A stretch of DNA of 64,000 bases from Methanobacteriota archaeon (GCA_020696385.1 JAEHCQ010000005.1:104311-168310), one strand, 5' to 3'. Shown: positions 50,214 to 59,534, counted from the stretch's first letter. The notes: generated by a model from the sequence alone, not told the origin. Numbers and translations: made by a program.

Positions 50214-52103
50214 ATGGAGGTTGAATACTTGATCCATAAAGGGTTCGGAAGGACAAGAGCCATTGTCATATTATGCATGACCTTTCTTTTATTCAGTGGT
50301 CTCTCTCCACTTATGATACATAATGCCAGTGCCAATACAGTCTCTGGTTACATATACCCGGATGAATACGTGATCTATTACATCGATGTCGATTCCTATA
50401 CATATATCGACATCTCGGTAAGCTGGTATGACAGCTCCAATGATATCGATCTCTACCTCTACGACGAGTCTTCCACATTGGTTGACGATAGTGAACTTAC
50501 AAGTACAAACACCGAGTCCATATACTACTATCCATCAAGCACTGGCTCTTACGCCCTTTACATATATGGATACAGTATCTCCGGCAGTGAATATTATACC
50601 CTTTACTGTAACTTCTATGCCTCCCTGAGCACGGTGGACGATACACCAACGACCACGGATGACAGCTACGAGCCAGATGATTCATATTCGTCCGCATCGT
50701 ACATATCAGATGGCAGTGTCCAATCACATAGTATTCTGGATGGTGGGCTGGATGTCGATTGGGTGACCTTCACCATATACGAGACCAGTGATGTGGTCAT
50801 TGAAACATCAGGTTCAAGCGGCGATACCCAGATATATCTGTACGATGACTCGGGAGTGCCATCCGTCTACTCCGATGTGAATGATGATGGAGGAACTGGC
50901 TCCTTTTCAAGAATCAGCAAGAATTTCCTGGCCTCGGGCACTTATTATGTTAAGATAATAGAATATGGCCAGGATCAGGAAATATCATCATATAGTGTTG
51001 AATTTTCAGCCGAGCCCAGCCTCGATCTCGGTATTGGCGACATCGAGAACCTGGTCTATCTGGACTATATCTGCTTTTTCATATTCTTTATAATTTTCAT
51101 AGTGATAGTTGCGGGAATAAGATCATCCCGCAAGAAGAAAAAGAAAAAGAAGCAAAGGAATCTGGAGCAACAGATCCAGTCCCAGCATTATCAATCTCAA
51201 CAACAATACCAGCAGCAACAGTCTAGACAAGCTCAGCAATATGCTCCACAGCAGGCTCCGCGTGTTCAGCAGCAACAAGTCAAACAGACTCAGCAGACCC
51301 AGGGGGTTCAGCAGACCCAGCAGGTCCAGCAAACCCAGCAACCACAATACCAGCAACAATACCGAACCCCAGTGCCAGCACCAGTAGTATCCACTCGGCA
51401 AGATACTGCTAAAGAAGATCGTTCAAGGCAAGAGGCGGAGCAGAGGCAGAGGGACGAGAGAGAAAGGAAGGAGAGGTTCGAAGCTGACAAACGAGTGAGG
51501 GAAGAGAATGAGAGAAAAGCCAGGGAGGAAAAAGGACGCCTGGCTCGGATCGAGGAAGAGAAACAGAGATCAAGAAGCTATGACACACCTCAGGCCGAGA
51601 TGGACAGGCGAGCTACACAATACGAATCCATGGCCAGTATGCAGGAGAAGGAAAGCGAGAACATCCACGCGATGCTGCATACCAGTGAGGAATATGGAAG
51701 GCCATTACCTCCACCGCCACCACTTGATATGCCTCCGGCAGATGATCTCCATTCCCAGCCGAGCGAGAAGATGACCAAAGCTCTGGAAGATTCATGCAAG
51801 CTCATCATGCCAACATATCTTGAGCCGGATACCACATCCGAGATAATCATAGACATTGAGAATGATTCTGGAATGAACCTGGGCAATGTCACTGTCGACC
51901 TCTCTGATCTGCAGAAATATTTCGAAATTCAGGATAAGATAGAATTCCCGGGTATTCGAAATGGCATGACCCTGAGAGAAGATGTCAAATTCAAACCCAA
52001 ATACGATGAGGGATCCTTCCCCGTGGTGGTGTCCATAGTTTCAGAAGGTTCCACTGTGAAATTAAATTACACGATCAAGGTCGGAGGCACGGAGATATAT
52101 TAG
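50214..52103 (+). CDS. Single-pass receptor-like protein: two PPC-like extracellular domains, TM, Q-rich and coiled-coil linker, Ig-like IKVGGTEIY domain
   Basis: Signal ..ASA; NDIDLYLYD and DDSYEPDD..DVDWV..GDTQIYLYD PPC motifs; TM plus RKKKKKKK; C-terminus IKVGGTEIY. Confidence 0.8.
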   Translation: MEVEYLIHKGFGRTRAIVILCMTFLLFSGLSPLMIHNASANTVSGYIYPDEYVIYYIDVDSYTYIDISVSWYDSSNDIDLYLYDESSTLVDDSELTSTNTESIYYYPSSTGSYALYIYGYSISGSEYYTLYCNFYASLSTVDDTPTTTDDSYEPDDSYSSASYISDGSVQSHSILDGGLDVDWVTFTIYETSDVVIETSGSSGDTQIYLYDDSGVPSVYSDVNDDGGTGSFSRISKNFLASGTYYVKIIEYGQDQEISSYSVEFSAEPSLDLGIGDIENLVYLDYICFFIFFIIFIVIVAGIRSSRKKKKKKKQRNLEQQIQSQHYQSQQQYQQQQSRQAQQYAPQQAPRVQQQQVKQTQQTQGVQQTQQVQQTQQPQYQQQYRTPVPAPVVSTRQDTAKEDRSRQEAEQRQRDERERKERFEADKRVREENERKAREEKGRLARIEEEKQRSRSYDTPQAEMDRRATQYESMASMQEKESENIHAMLHTSEEYGRPLPPPPPLDMPPADDLHSQPSEKMTKALEDSCKLIMPTYLEPDTTSEIIIDIENDSGMNLGNVTVDLSDLQKYFEIQDKIEFPGIRNGMTLREDVKFKPKYDEGSFPVVVSIVSEGSTVKLNYTIKVGGTEIY

Positions 52104-52131
52104 GCTGGATGGCCTTTGAGATGGTGATACA

Positions 52132-52950
52132 ATGAAAGTCGCGTTTAGATCAGATGTCGGAAAACTAATGCAGATCAATGAGGATATTGCAGGATGGGTG
52201 ACCTTGAGGACATCCGGGATGTCAGAGATGTTGAATACCCCTGGTACCTCTGAAATGTCTGTGATATCAAAAATATCACAGCAACCAGGCATTGATCGAA
52301 TTGATATTCTTTTCGTATCGGATGGAATGGGCGGCCATAAGAAAGGAGATGTGGCAAGCAGGATAGCCACCCAATACCTGACATACCTCGTCCAGAACGC
52401 CATATCCCGATCAGAGGGCGACATAGTTCAGGAGCTGGTCGTGAAACTGCCTGGCTACATGAAGAACATAAACACTCATTTGAGATCCCAGGCAAGCGGC
52501 AATCCAGACCTAAGTGGAATGGGATGCACGCTCACTGCCGCCATAATGATCGGAAACAGCATGGTGATAGTCCATGCTGGTGATAGCCGGCTTTACCACA
52601 TAGCTGACGGGCGATTGCGCCAGGTGACAAAGGACCATTCTTTTGTTCAAGAGCTTCTTGATAAAGGTGAGATACAGCCAGATGAGGCTTTTGACCATCC
52701 AAAAAAGAATAAAATTCATACCGCCCTCGGCCCCAAGGATGACATAAATGCTGATGCCTTTGTCGAGGTCTGGGAAAGTGGTACATTACTCTTCTGTACT
52801 GATGGCCTGAATGACATGCTGAGAGATCACGAGATACTGGATATCGTGAATGCCAATCCAGATCCCGAAGATATGTGCGAGAAATTGGTCGAGGCGGCTC
52901 TTGAAAAGGGCGGGCATGATAATGTCAGTGTGTTGGTTGCCAGTAAATGA
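52132..52950 (+). CDS. PP2C/Stp1-family Ser/Thr phosphatase
   Basis: SDVGK...NED, VSDGMGGH, MGCTL, HAGDSRLY, TKDHS, CTDGL, GGHDNVS. Confidence 0.95.
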   Translation: MKVAFRSDVGKLMQINEDIAGWVTLRTSGMSEMLNTPGTSEMSVISKISQQPGIDRIDILFVSDGMGGHKKGDVASRIATQYLTYLVQNAISRSEGDIVQELVVKLPGYMKNINTHLRSQASGNPDLSGMGCTLTAAIMIGNSMVIVHAGDSRLYHIADGRLRQVTKDHSFVQELLDKGEIQPDEAFDHPKKNKIHTALGPKDDINADAFVEVWESGTLLFCTDGLNDMLRDHEILDIVNANPDPEDMCEKLVEAALEKGGHDNVSVLVASK

Positions 52951-53048
52951 TCGGATCTGAAATTTGAGGAGATGGTAAAATTATAACAGACTGGATATTC
53001 GACAATGTTTTCCTTTTCATATTCTTATTCTTCTTTTTATTCTTCGCC

Positions 53049-53630
53049 ATGGCCTATGTCATGTACTACATATTCGTGAAGAAGAACCCCGCGCTTGAAC
53101 ACCTGGGTGTCGGCAAACAGATGGACAATATCCTCAAGCCCACACAGCAACAACAGCAACATCAACAGCAGCATCCGAATTATCAGACACAACCACAACA
53201 TCAAGCATACCCTGGCTCTGCACCACCTGTGAGCCAGGGGCAGCGCGTGCAACCGCAACAACAGCGACCAGCTCCCTCACCCCCTGGAGAGGGGATGTCC
53301 AGTATCAACCTGAAAGATCATTATTCGATCCAATTACCGCATTTTATCAATTCTGGCATGACTGAATCGGTCATAGTCACCCTGTATAACAATACCAGCA
53401 CGGAAATAGATGACATAAGTATCGATCTTTCAGACATGACGGATTACTTCGATATCGAGGGAGAGGTGAAAGACTATCGATTGAAACCAGGAGCCGAGAT
53501 CGTCAAGACCCTGAGGATTAGGCCAAAATTTGAAGAAGGTGTGTTCCCATTCAAGATAAAAATAAGTACTGGTTCGATCTATGTAGAAGACGAGCACTCG
53601 ATCAAGGTCGGGGGCACGGAGATCTATTGA
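53049..53630 (+). CDS. Membrane-anchored Q-rich protein with IKVGGTEIY domain; true start probably near 52980
   Basis: Frame open upstream to 52968, encoding a hydrophobic helix; Q/P-rich linker; same C-terminal domain as 50214 and 53640. Confidence 0.8.
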   Translation: MAYVMYYIFVKKNPALEHLGVGKQMDNILKPTQQQQQHQQQHPNYQTQPQHQAYPGSAPPVSQGQRVQPQQQRPAPSPPGEGMSSINLKDHYSIQLPHFINSGMTESVIVTLYNNTSTEIDDISIDLSDMTDYFDIEGEVKDYRLKPGAEIVKTLRIRPKFEEGVFPFKIKISTGSIYVEDEHSIKVGGTEIY

Positions 53631-53639
53631 GGTAGGAAA

Positions 53640-54500
53640 ATGAGCAATCAAAAAGAATTCACAGGAAGTTGGATACTATTGGTCCTATTGTTCATCATAT
53701 TCTTTCCACTTGGGATTATCTATTTCTTTGTCATGTTGAAAGATAGAGGTTCAGCCTATGCTCCTCCATATTATCAGACAGTCCAGACCAATCAGACAAG
53801 AAATGCATATGCACCACCTCAATATCAGCCGAGTACCCAGCAACCACCAGCACAGTATTCTGGACAGAGCACCCAGAGACCATCCGGTCAAAATACCAAT
53901 CAGACAAGAAGTGCACAACAGGGTCAGTATTCACAGCCCTCACAATCATCACAGCCAGCCCAGAATGTGCCTCAGTACGAACAGCCAGCTCAATACAGCC
54001 AGCCACAGTACAAAGCTCCACAATACAATTCACCTCAGCAAACGAATCAAATGCAAAAACCACCAGCCTACACAACATCGCAGACAACAAGCCAGAGCCC
54101 ACCAAATGTGGCTAGAGCTCCTGCGGCCCAGCAGGCTCCAATAGCAGTAAGGCCTCAGAAAATCATGTCCGAGGGCGATATCAGCTCCCTTTACAGTCTC
54201 CAGGTTCCCAGCTTCATGGATCCTGACATGACGGAAGAGATCATGATCAGGCTGAACAATGACTCTGGCGATGATATCGAGAACATGCACATAGATTTCT
54301 CGGATCTCAGAAGCTTTTTCGACATAGATGAGGATGTCAATATCCCCTACTTTGGAGATGGTGTCGTACTGGAGAGAAGGGTGAATATCAAGTCGAAGGA
54401 AAGCTCTGGCAGCTTTCCCGTTAGAGTGAAAATATCCGCGAATGGAAAGACAGTCACGGAGAGGTTCACTATCAAAGTTGGTGGAACCGAGATATATTAA
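53640..54500 (+). CDS. Membrane-anchored Q/P-rich protein with IKVGGTEIY domain
   Basis: FTGSWILLVLLFIIFFPLGIIYFFV TM, Q/P/S/T/Y-rich linker, same C-terminal domain. Confidence 0.85.
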   Translation: MSNQKEFTGSWILLVLLFIIFFPLGIIYFFVMLKDRGSAYAPPYYQTVQTNQTRNAYAPPQYQPSTQQPPAQYSGQSTQRPSGQNTNQTRSAQQGQYSQPSQSSQPAQNVPQYEQPAQYSQPQYKAPQYNSPQQTNQMQKPPAYTTSQTTSQSPPNVARAPAAQQAPIAVRPQKIMSEGDISSLYSLQVPSFMDPDMTEEIMIRLNNDSGDDIENMHIDFSDLRSFFDIDEDVNIPYFGDGVVLERRVNIKSKESSGSFPVRVKISANGKTVTERFTIKVGGTEIY

Positions 54501-54543
54501 GTAAGCAATTCCCGATTTTGTCAAGACTAATTAATAGATTACG

Positions 54544-56967
54544 TCACTTATTCGTGTTGAAGGCGACTCCATCCTGCAAATTGATGTCACCGCCGCCTTC
54601 CCCAATGTTCGACTTGTAGATCACACTGTCCTTAATATCGACATTGTAGGTGACCTGGGTCACCAGCATCGCCTTTTCCAGCCGGATCGCTCTGTCAATA
54701 GATTCAAACTGTCCCTGCAGGAATTTTTCTGCAATATCCGGGTCTATGGAATAACCATCGAATCTGAACTCGATGGTGCCATCCTCTTTTCTCCAACCAC
54801 CGCATAACATCAGGAAACTGAGCGGACTCTTCGTGGGCTTTCCAGCGTATAGAAGCTGGAAACTGTTCACGTCCTCGTACTTGCCCACGCAATGGAGATT
54901 GCTGCAAGCATCGGATAATCGAGATCTGGCCTTCTCTATCGTGATATCACTGTACATGATCTGACGCGATGCCCTTGGCAAAGTCTTGATGGACATCATG
55001 AATTCATGCTCTCTCATCTCCAGTGGCTCGATGAGCGGCATGATGTTTCCAGTGTCCACCACGGGCGCGTTTATGCGCCTTTTCTTGCCCATGTGATCGT
55101 GATATGAAATGTCAAAGTGTATCTTGGCCTTCATCGCTCTCTTGGCCTTCATGATGAAGGTTATTGCCTGCGATTCATTGGAACCCAGGTATGGAATATC
55201 CCGGACTCGCGAATCTGGCTGTAATAATTCCAGGCCTTCGGGTATGTCCAGTGTGATAGATACCCGATTGTGAGTGTATGGAGATACGTTATTCAGCTTA
55301 AGCTGAACATTGATCTTATCACCATCAATGGTCCTGTCAACCTCGGCATCCAGACCTCCTGAACTGGGTCTGAAGCTCTCGCCGTATCTGAAGTACAGGT
55401 CCTCGTCACGGACCAGTCTTCCGCCAACTCTGACTTTCATCGGAACCGTGAAGTCCCCGCCAGAGCCTGCATCCTTCAGGGTCATCTTTCTTTCATGGTA
55501 TCTTTCCTGACCTGGCATCAGATCGTATTTGAGGTTCAAATCCTTATCACAGGTGAATAATTCACCCGCGCCCACGTAATCGACAACGATATTCTTCCAT
55601 GGAAGATCCGAATTGTTCTTCACTGTCGATCGGAGATCAAGCTGATTGCCATTCCAGTCCCATGATGTGGTGATCTCCAGATCATTGATCTCCTCATAAA
55701 ATTCCTGTATCTTGTTCTTGTCGCTGATGAATTCAAGGTGAATGTAAGGCTCTCTGGGCTTATCCGGATTATAGACCAGCCAGATATCGTCCCCGTCCTG
55801 AAGTTTTTTGAATTTACCGGAAATTACACGAGCCTTGTTCAGGAAAGTTCCATTGTGACTGTCGCAATCGGTTATCACCCAGTCCCCGCTTCCCGCGGCA
55901 TTCATGATCTCCGCGTGTTTCGGGCTGGACACGTATTTCGCAGGCAGGTATACATCATTCTGCGGTGACTTGCCGATCCTGTTCTTCGATTTTTCCAGAA
56001 AGAACACCGTCCCGGGCTTCACACTAGGGTCCTGGCTGTTTATCACTTTGATGAGCGGTTTGAATCGAATTATATCCTCGATACCGGACAGCGTGACCTC
56101 CACATCCCTCAATCTGAATCTCAATTGAGGGTGGCGCTGGGTACTCCCCTGTATCAGGTTGCTGAATATACTAGCTCTGCGAAGACTGAGATAATCCTTG
56201 TCATTTGCCAGGAATGGTGGGGATGAGCTGGATAGGAGGAAATACAATGTCGCGCCCAATGAGAAGATATCATTGGCCTTCGTGGGCTTTGTCCTCGCCA
56301 TGACTTTTCCGGGCGGAGGTGGGGGAGGGAAATTATGGTTATTGTTGCTATGTCCAGGAGGTGGTGGTGGGAATCTGGAATTGTTATTGTGATTATTGTG
56401 ACCACCATTCTGTGAAAGCTCTGGTGGTGTGTATGAGCCATGGGACACATTGGCAGTCACGAGCTCATCATGATGGACATTATAGGCAGTTCCGAAGTCA
56501 ATGAGAATGGGTACCTTGTTCGGGCCCAGCAGGATATTTTTTGGGCAAATATCCCTGTGGATTATTCCCTCACCATGCATGTATGATATGACATCGCACA
56601 GTCTTTTCAAAATGTCCAGGGCTTCCTCATTGGTCGCTTTACAGCAATCATACACCTCTGCCAGGCTCTTTCCCTCGACATAATTCATCACAAGACCATT
56701 GCTCTTGTGAATGTACTCCACGAACTTCACGATCTGGGGATGATCCAGCATGGCCATGACATTGGCTTCCTGCCTGATGGAATCACAATATAGATCATAC
56801 TTATGCTTGACATCATGCTTTGGGAGTTTCAGGACCAGCTTATCATCACTGCCCACGGCCTTGACAACATATAGTATGCTCATGCCGCCGCGACCCAGCT
56901 CGCGCTCGACCACGTATCTTTCCTCTACGATGTCGCCTTTGGACAGAACTCTCGAACCATATAGCAC
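54544..56967 (-). CDS. Hanks-type Ser/Thr kinase plus FHA plus Ig-like and adaptin-appendage-like C-terminal domains
   Basis: LGRGGMS, LVLK, HRDICPKN, DFG, YTPPE, DIFSLG; FHA RIGK...VSSPKHA...DCDSHNGTFLN...LQDGD. Confidence 0.9.
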   Translation of the reverse strand: MLYGSRVLSKGDIVEERYVVERELGRGGMSILYVVKAVGSDDKLVLKLPKHDVKHKYDLYCDSIRQEANVMAMLDHPQIVKFVEYIHKSNGLVMNYVEGKSLAEVYDCCKATNEEALDILKRLCDVISYMHGEGIIHRDICPKNILLGPNKVPILIDFGTAYNVHHDELVTANVSHGSYTPPELSQNGGHNNHNNNSRFPPPPPGHSNNNHNFPPPPPPGKVMARTKPTKANDIFSLGATLYFLLSSSSPPFLANDKDYLSLRRASIFSNLIQGSTQRHPQLRFRLRDVEVTLSGIEDIIRFKPLIKVINSQDPSVKPGTVFFLEKSKNRIGKSPQNDVYLPAKYVSSPKHAEIMNAAGSGDWVITDCDSHNGTFLNKARVISGKFKKLQDGDDIWLVYNPDKPREPYIHLEFISDKNKIQEFYEEINDLEITTSWDWNGNQLDLRSTVKNNSDLPWKNIVVDYVGAGELFTCDKDLNLKYDLMPGQERYHERKMTLKDAGSGGDFTVPMKVRVGGRLVRDEDLYFRYGESFRPSSGGLDAEVDRTIDGDKINVQLKLNNVSPYTHNRVSITLDIPEGLELLQPDSRVRDIPYLGSNESQAITFIMKAKRAMKAKIHFDISYHDHMGKKRRINAPVVDTGNIMPLIEPLEMREHEFMMSIKTLPRASRQIMYSDITIEKARSRLSDACSNLHCVGKYEDVNSFQLLYAGKPTKSPLSFLMLCGGWRKEDGTIEFRFDGYSIDPDIAEKFLQGQFESIDRAIRLEKAMLVTQVTYNVDIKDSVIYKSNIGEGGGDINLQDGVAFNTNK

Positions 56968-57082
56968 GATTACCAGTATATCGGATGATAATTAATAACT
57001 TACTGATAGACTTGACCACCGCCTCAGGACTAAATATCAAACATCACAAAACAATAAGACATTGAAGGCCCATCAGCCTTCA

Positions 57083-57379
57083 ATGGAGCTGGAGACGAAT
57101 ATCATACTTGGATATCTGGGACTCATCAATCTGATCGCCCTGATCATGTTCGGCATTGACAAATCAAAGGCCAAACGGGGTGGCAGAAGGATATCGGAGG
57201 CTGGCCTTTTCATGATATCGCTGGTAGGTGGGGCTTTCGGTGGTCTGCTGGGAATAGTGCTATTCCGACATAAGACCAGGAAGCTGGGTTTCAAGGCCAT
57301 CATGTTCATAATTGTTTTAATCAATATTTATTTATATTATTGGCTTTATACTAATTATATTATAGAAATTGCAATATAA
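57083..57379 (+). CDS. DUF1294-family membrane protein
   Basis: FGIDKSKA...RRISE..L...GGAFG...FRHKTRK. Confidence 0.88.
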   Translation: MELETNIILGYLGLINLIALIMFGIDKSKAKRGGRRISEAGLFMISLVGGAFGGLLGIVLFRHKTRKLGFKAIMFIIVLINIYLYYWLYTNYIIEIAI

Positions 57380-57606
57380 AAATTATAATATAATTGATAT
57401 GCAATAATTATATACACCGCGTTGGTAAAAAGGATCTATGATACATATATTAGATATCAGACCTGCCAATATTAGCCATACGTCAAAAATACGCCATTAA
57501 TACGTTTAAAGTACATTAAAAATACATAATTACGTATTAATGGTGTTTTATCCCACATACCATAGCAAGCAAATCATTTAAATCATGCCCACACATATAG
57601 TCAAAC

Positions 57607-58161
57607 ATGGACGGTAACTGCAAGGGCGCGATCTATCGTGGAAATATAGAATACGTCACCCGAAAGTTCGGTAAACAGGGCATTCAGCAATTGATGGATG
57701 ACATGAAGAAGCATGGCCATAAGCTGGAACTTGACAATCTGAAGGATGGTCTTTGGTATCCATTAGATGCCAGAATGCAATTTCTCCGCTCCTCAGTTGA
57801 ATTGTTCGAGATCGATGACGAACAATTGATCGAACTGGGTAAGTCGGGCTTCAAAACATCCACCATCGCCCAATTCTATCTGAAACTGGCAGGCACACCC
57901 AAGAAAATATTCGAGATGGGACCCAATATCTGGAAGCACAATTATGATGTCGGAGTTCTAAAGACAGAATATGGAGGAAATAAAGGCTCGTATTTCAGAG
58001 TGATGGATTTCGATGCGCCACCCATATTCTTCCAGTACCTTATTGGGTATTATACCGCGGCCTTCGTGCAAGTGGGTGTGAAGGACATCATTGTCACACA
58101 CGAGACCATTGAAAAAGATGGGAAGCCATGCCAAGAGTACCTTATAAAGTGGAATGATTGA
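57607..58161 (+). CDS. Hypothetical protein, DUF2378/V4R-like ligand-binding fold
   Basis: KGAI, WYPL, IWKHNYDVG, GYYTA, C-terminal CQEYLIKW pattern. Confidence 0.55.
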   Translation: MDGNCKGAIYRGNIEYVTRKFGKQGIQQLMDDMKKHGHKLELDNLKDGLWYPLDARMQFLRSSVELFEIDDEQLIELGKSGFKTSTIAQFYLKLAGTPKKIFEMGPNIWKHNYDVGVLKTEYGGNKGSYFRVMDFDAPPIFFQYLIGYYTAAFVQVGVKDIIVTHETIEKDGKPCQEYLIKWND

Positions 58162-58165
58162 TCTC

Positions 58166-58300
58166 TTATACCTGATCCTTATCGAACCGATCACTGGCTA
58201 CCTTCACCCTCAGCATATCGGGGTAATCCGCGCTTCCGCTGAATTTACGGAAGCGCAGCCCTGGGATGTCAGGCATATCATCCACCACTATCTCGGTCAT
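58166..58300 (-). pseudogene. Truncated 44-codon fragment resembling a GNAT acetyltransferase N-terminus
   Basis: MTEIVVDDMPDIPGLRFRKFSGSADYPDMLRVKVASDRFDKDQV*; resemblance from memory only. Confidence 0.35.
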
Positions 58301-58570
58301 GCATTAAGAGTGAATGGGAAACCACTAATAAATTTTGGCTAAACCTCAGGCCAAAAGTTATTATGCATTCCTTTATTGGCTATTCTTGATGGATACCGTC
58401 ACTATACTACTGATAGCCATAATCATCATGTTCTTCGGCGTTTTTTTCTTTTATCCCTCGCTGTGCTGGCCCACCTTCCAAAAGAAAAAAATGCGGTTAA
58501 ATAAGAAAACTCAGGTAGGCCTGCTCGCTCGGCAGTTGATTTTTATCAAATGTAGACATTGGGAGGTCGC

Positions 58571-59314
58571 ATGGAACCTGTTGTGATACTATTGATAGCC
58601 ATTATCATCATGTTCTTCGCAGGCATGATGCAGGGCCTAGCCGGGTTTGGATTTTCCCTGGTATCAGTTCCAATATTGATCATGCTGGTGGAACCCACGA
58701 TGATGGCTCCCATGATCATCATCCATTCGATCGTGATCAATTTCGTGCTCTTCATGAAGATCAGGCAGGATGCGGAACTGAAGCGCATCTGGCCCCTCAT
58801 AGCCGCTGGAATTGCAGGACTTCCATTTGGCGTCCTGCTTTTGCTGGCCATCGAACCACAGAGCTTCAAGTTGATCATCGGAGTGTTCATCGTTCTCTTT
58901 GGTATCGCCTATTTGAAGGATTTCAAAAAGGAGCTGAAGAATGAGAAACTCACTTTCCTGCCAGTGGGTTTCATAAGTGGTGTCCTCAATAGTTCGATAA
59001 CTCTTTCAGGACCTCCAGTCATTTTCTGCCTGACCAATCAGGGCGTGGAGAAGAAGATATTCCGCGCCAATATGATATCATATTTCTTATTTCTGAACCT
59101 GGCTACAATTCCTTTCTTTATTTGGAAAGGGATTTTCACCATAGATGTCGTGAATTTCTCCATGACTTTGTTGCCTGGCATGATATTCGGAGCATTTATC
59201 GGTTCCATCCTCGTGACAAAGGTATGTGAAAGAACCTTCAGGAATATCGCACTCATCGTGACCATAGGCTCGGGTGTCCTGTCGATAATAACTGGATTGG
59301 GCATATTTGGATAA
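58571..59314 (+). CDS. TauE/SafE sulfite-exporter-family membrane protein
   Basis: QGLAGFGFSLVSVP, GFISGVL...SGPP, FRANM; ggaggt RBS. Confidence 0.9.
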   Translation: MEPVVILLIAIIIMFFAGMMQGLAGFGFSLVSVPILIMLVEPTMMAPMIIIHSIVINFVLFMKIRQDAELKRIWPLIAAGIAGLPFGVLLLLAIEPQSFKLIIGVFIVLFGIAYLKDFKKELKNEKLTFLPVGFISGVLNSSITLSGPPVIFCLTNQGVEKKIFRANMISYFLFLNLATIPFFIWKGIFTIDVVNFSMTLLPGMIFGAFIGSILVTKVCERTFRNIALIVTIGSGVLSIITGLGIFG

Positions 59315-59534
59315 AAGTGGTCTTTAGTTAGTATCAATATTTGACATATTTACAATATCATAATTCACTTTAGTCTGGCTTTAAACATTAATTATTGAAA
59401 GATCAACTGTCGATGCCCTTCCTATGTAGGCAAAACGTTTATATTATAGTGTACATTGAATCTTAACAATGGTTACTAACAATAGTTAACCCGCGTCAAT
59501 AATTCAAAACCTGTAAAATATGGAGGAGAAAAGC

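Noticed and set aside
51783-52103. IKVGG|TEIY as a ubiquitin/SAMP-like pro-form
   Set aside because: Domain pattern looks all-beta Ig-like rather than beta-grasp, and no E1 or JAB gene is nearby; not excluded without a structure
52071-54500. Three similar ~30-nt sequences at gene 3' ends as DGR variable/template repeats
   Set aside because: Differences are synonymous third-position changes, not adenine-directed, and no reverse transcriptase is present; this is protein-level conservation
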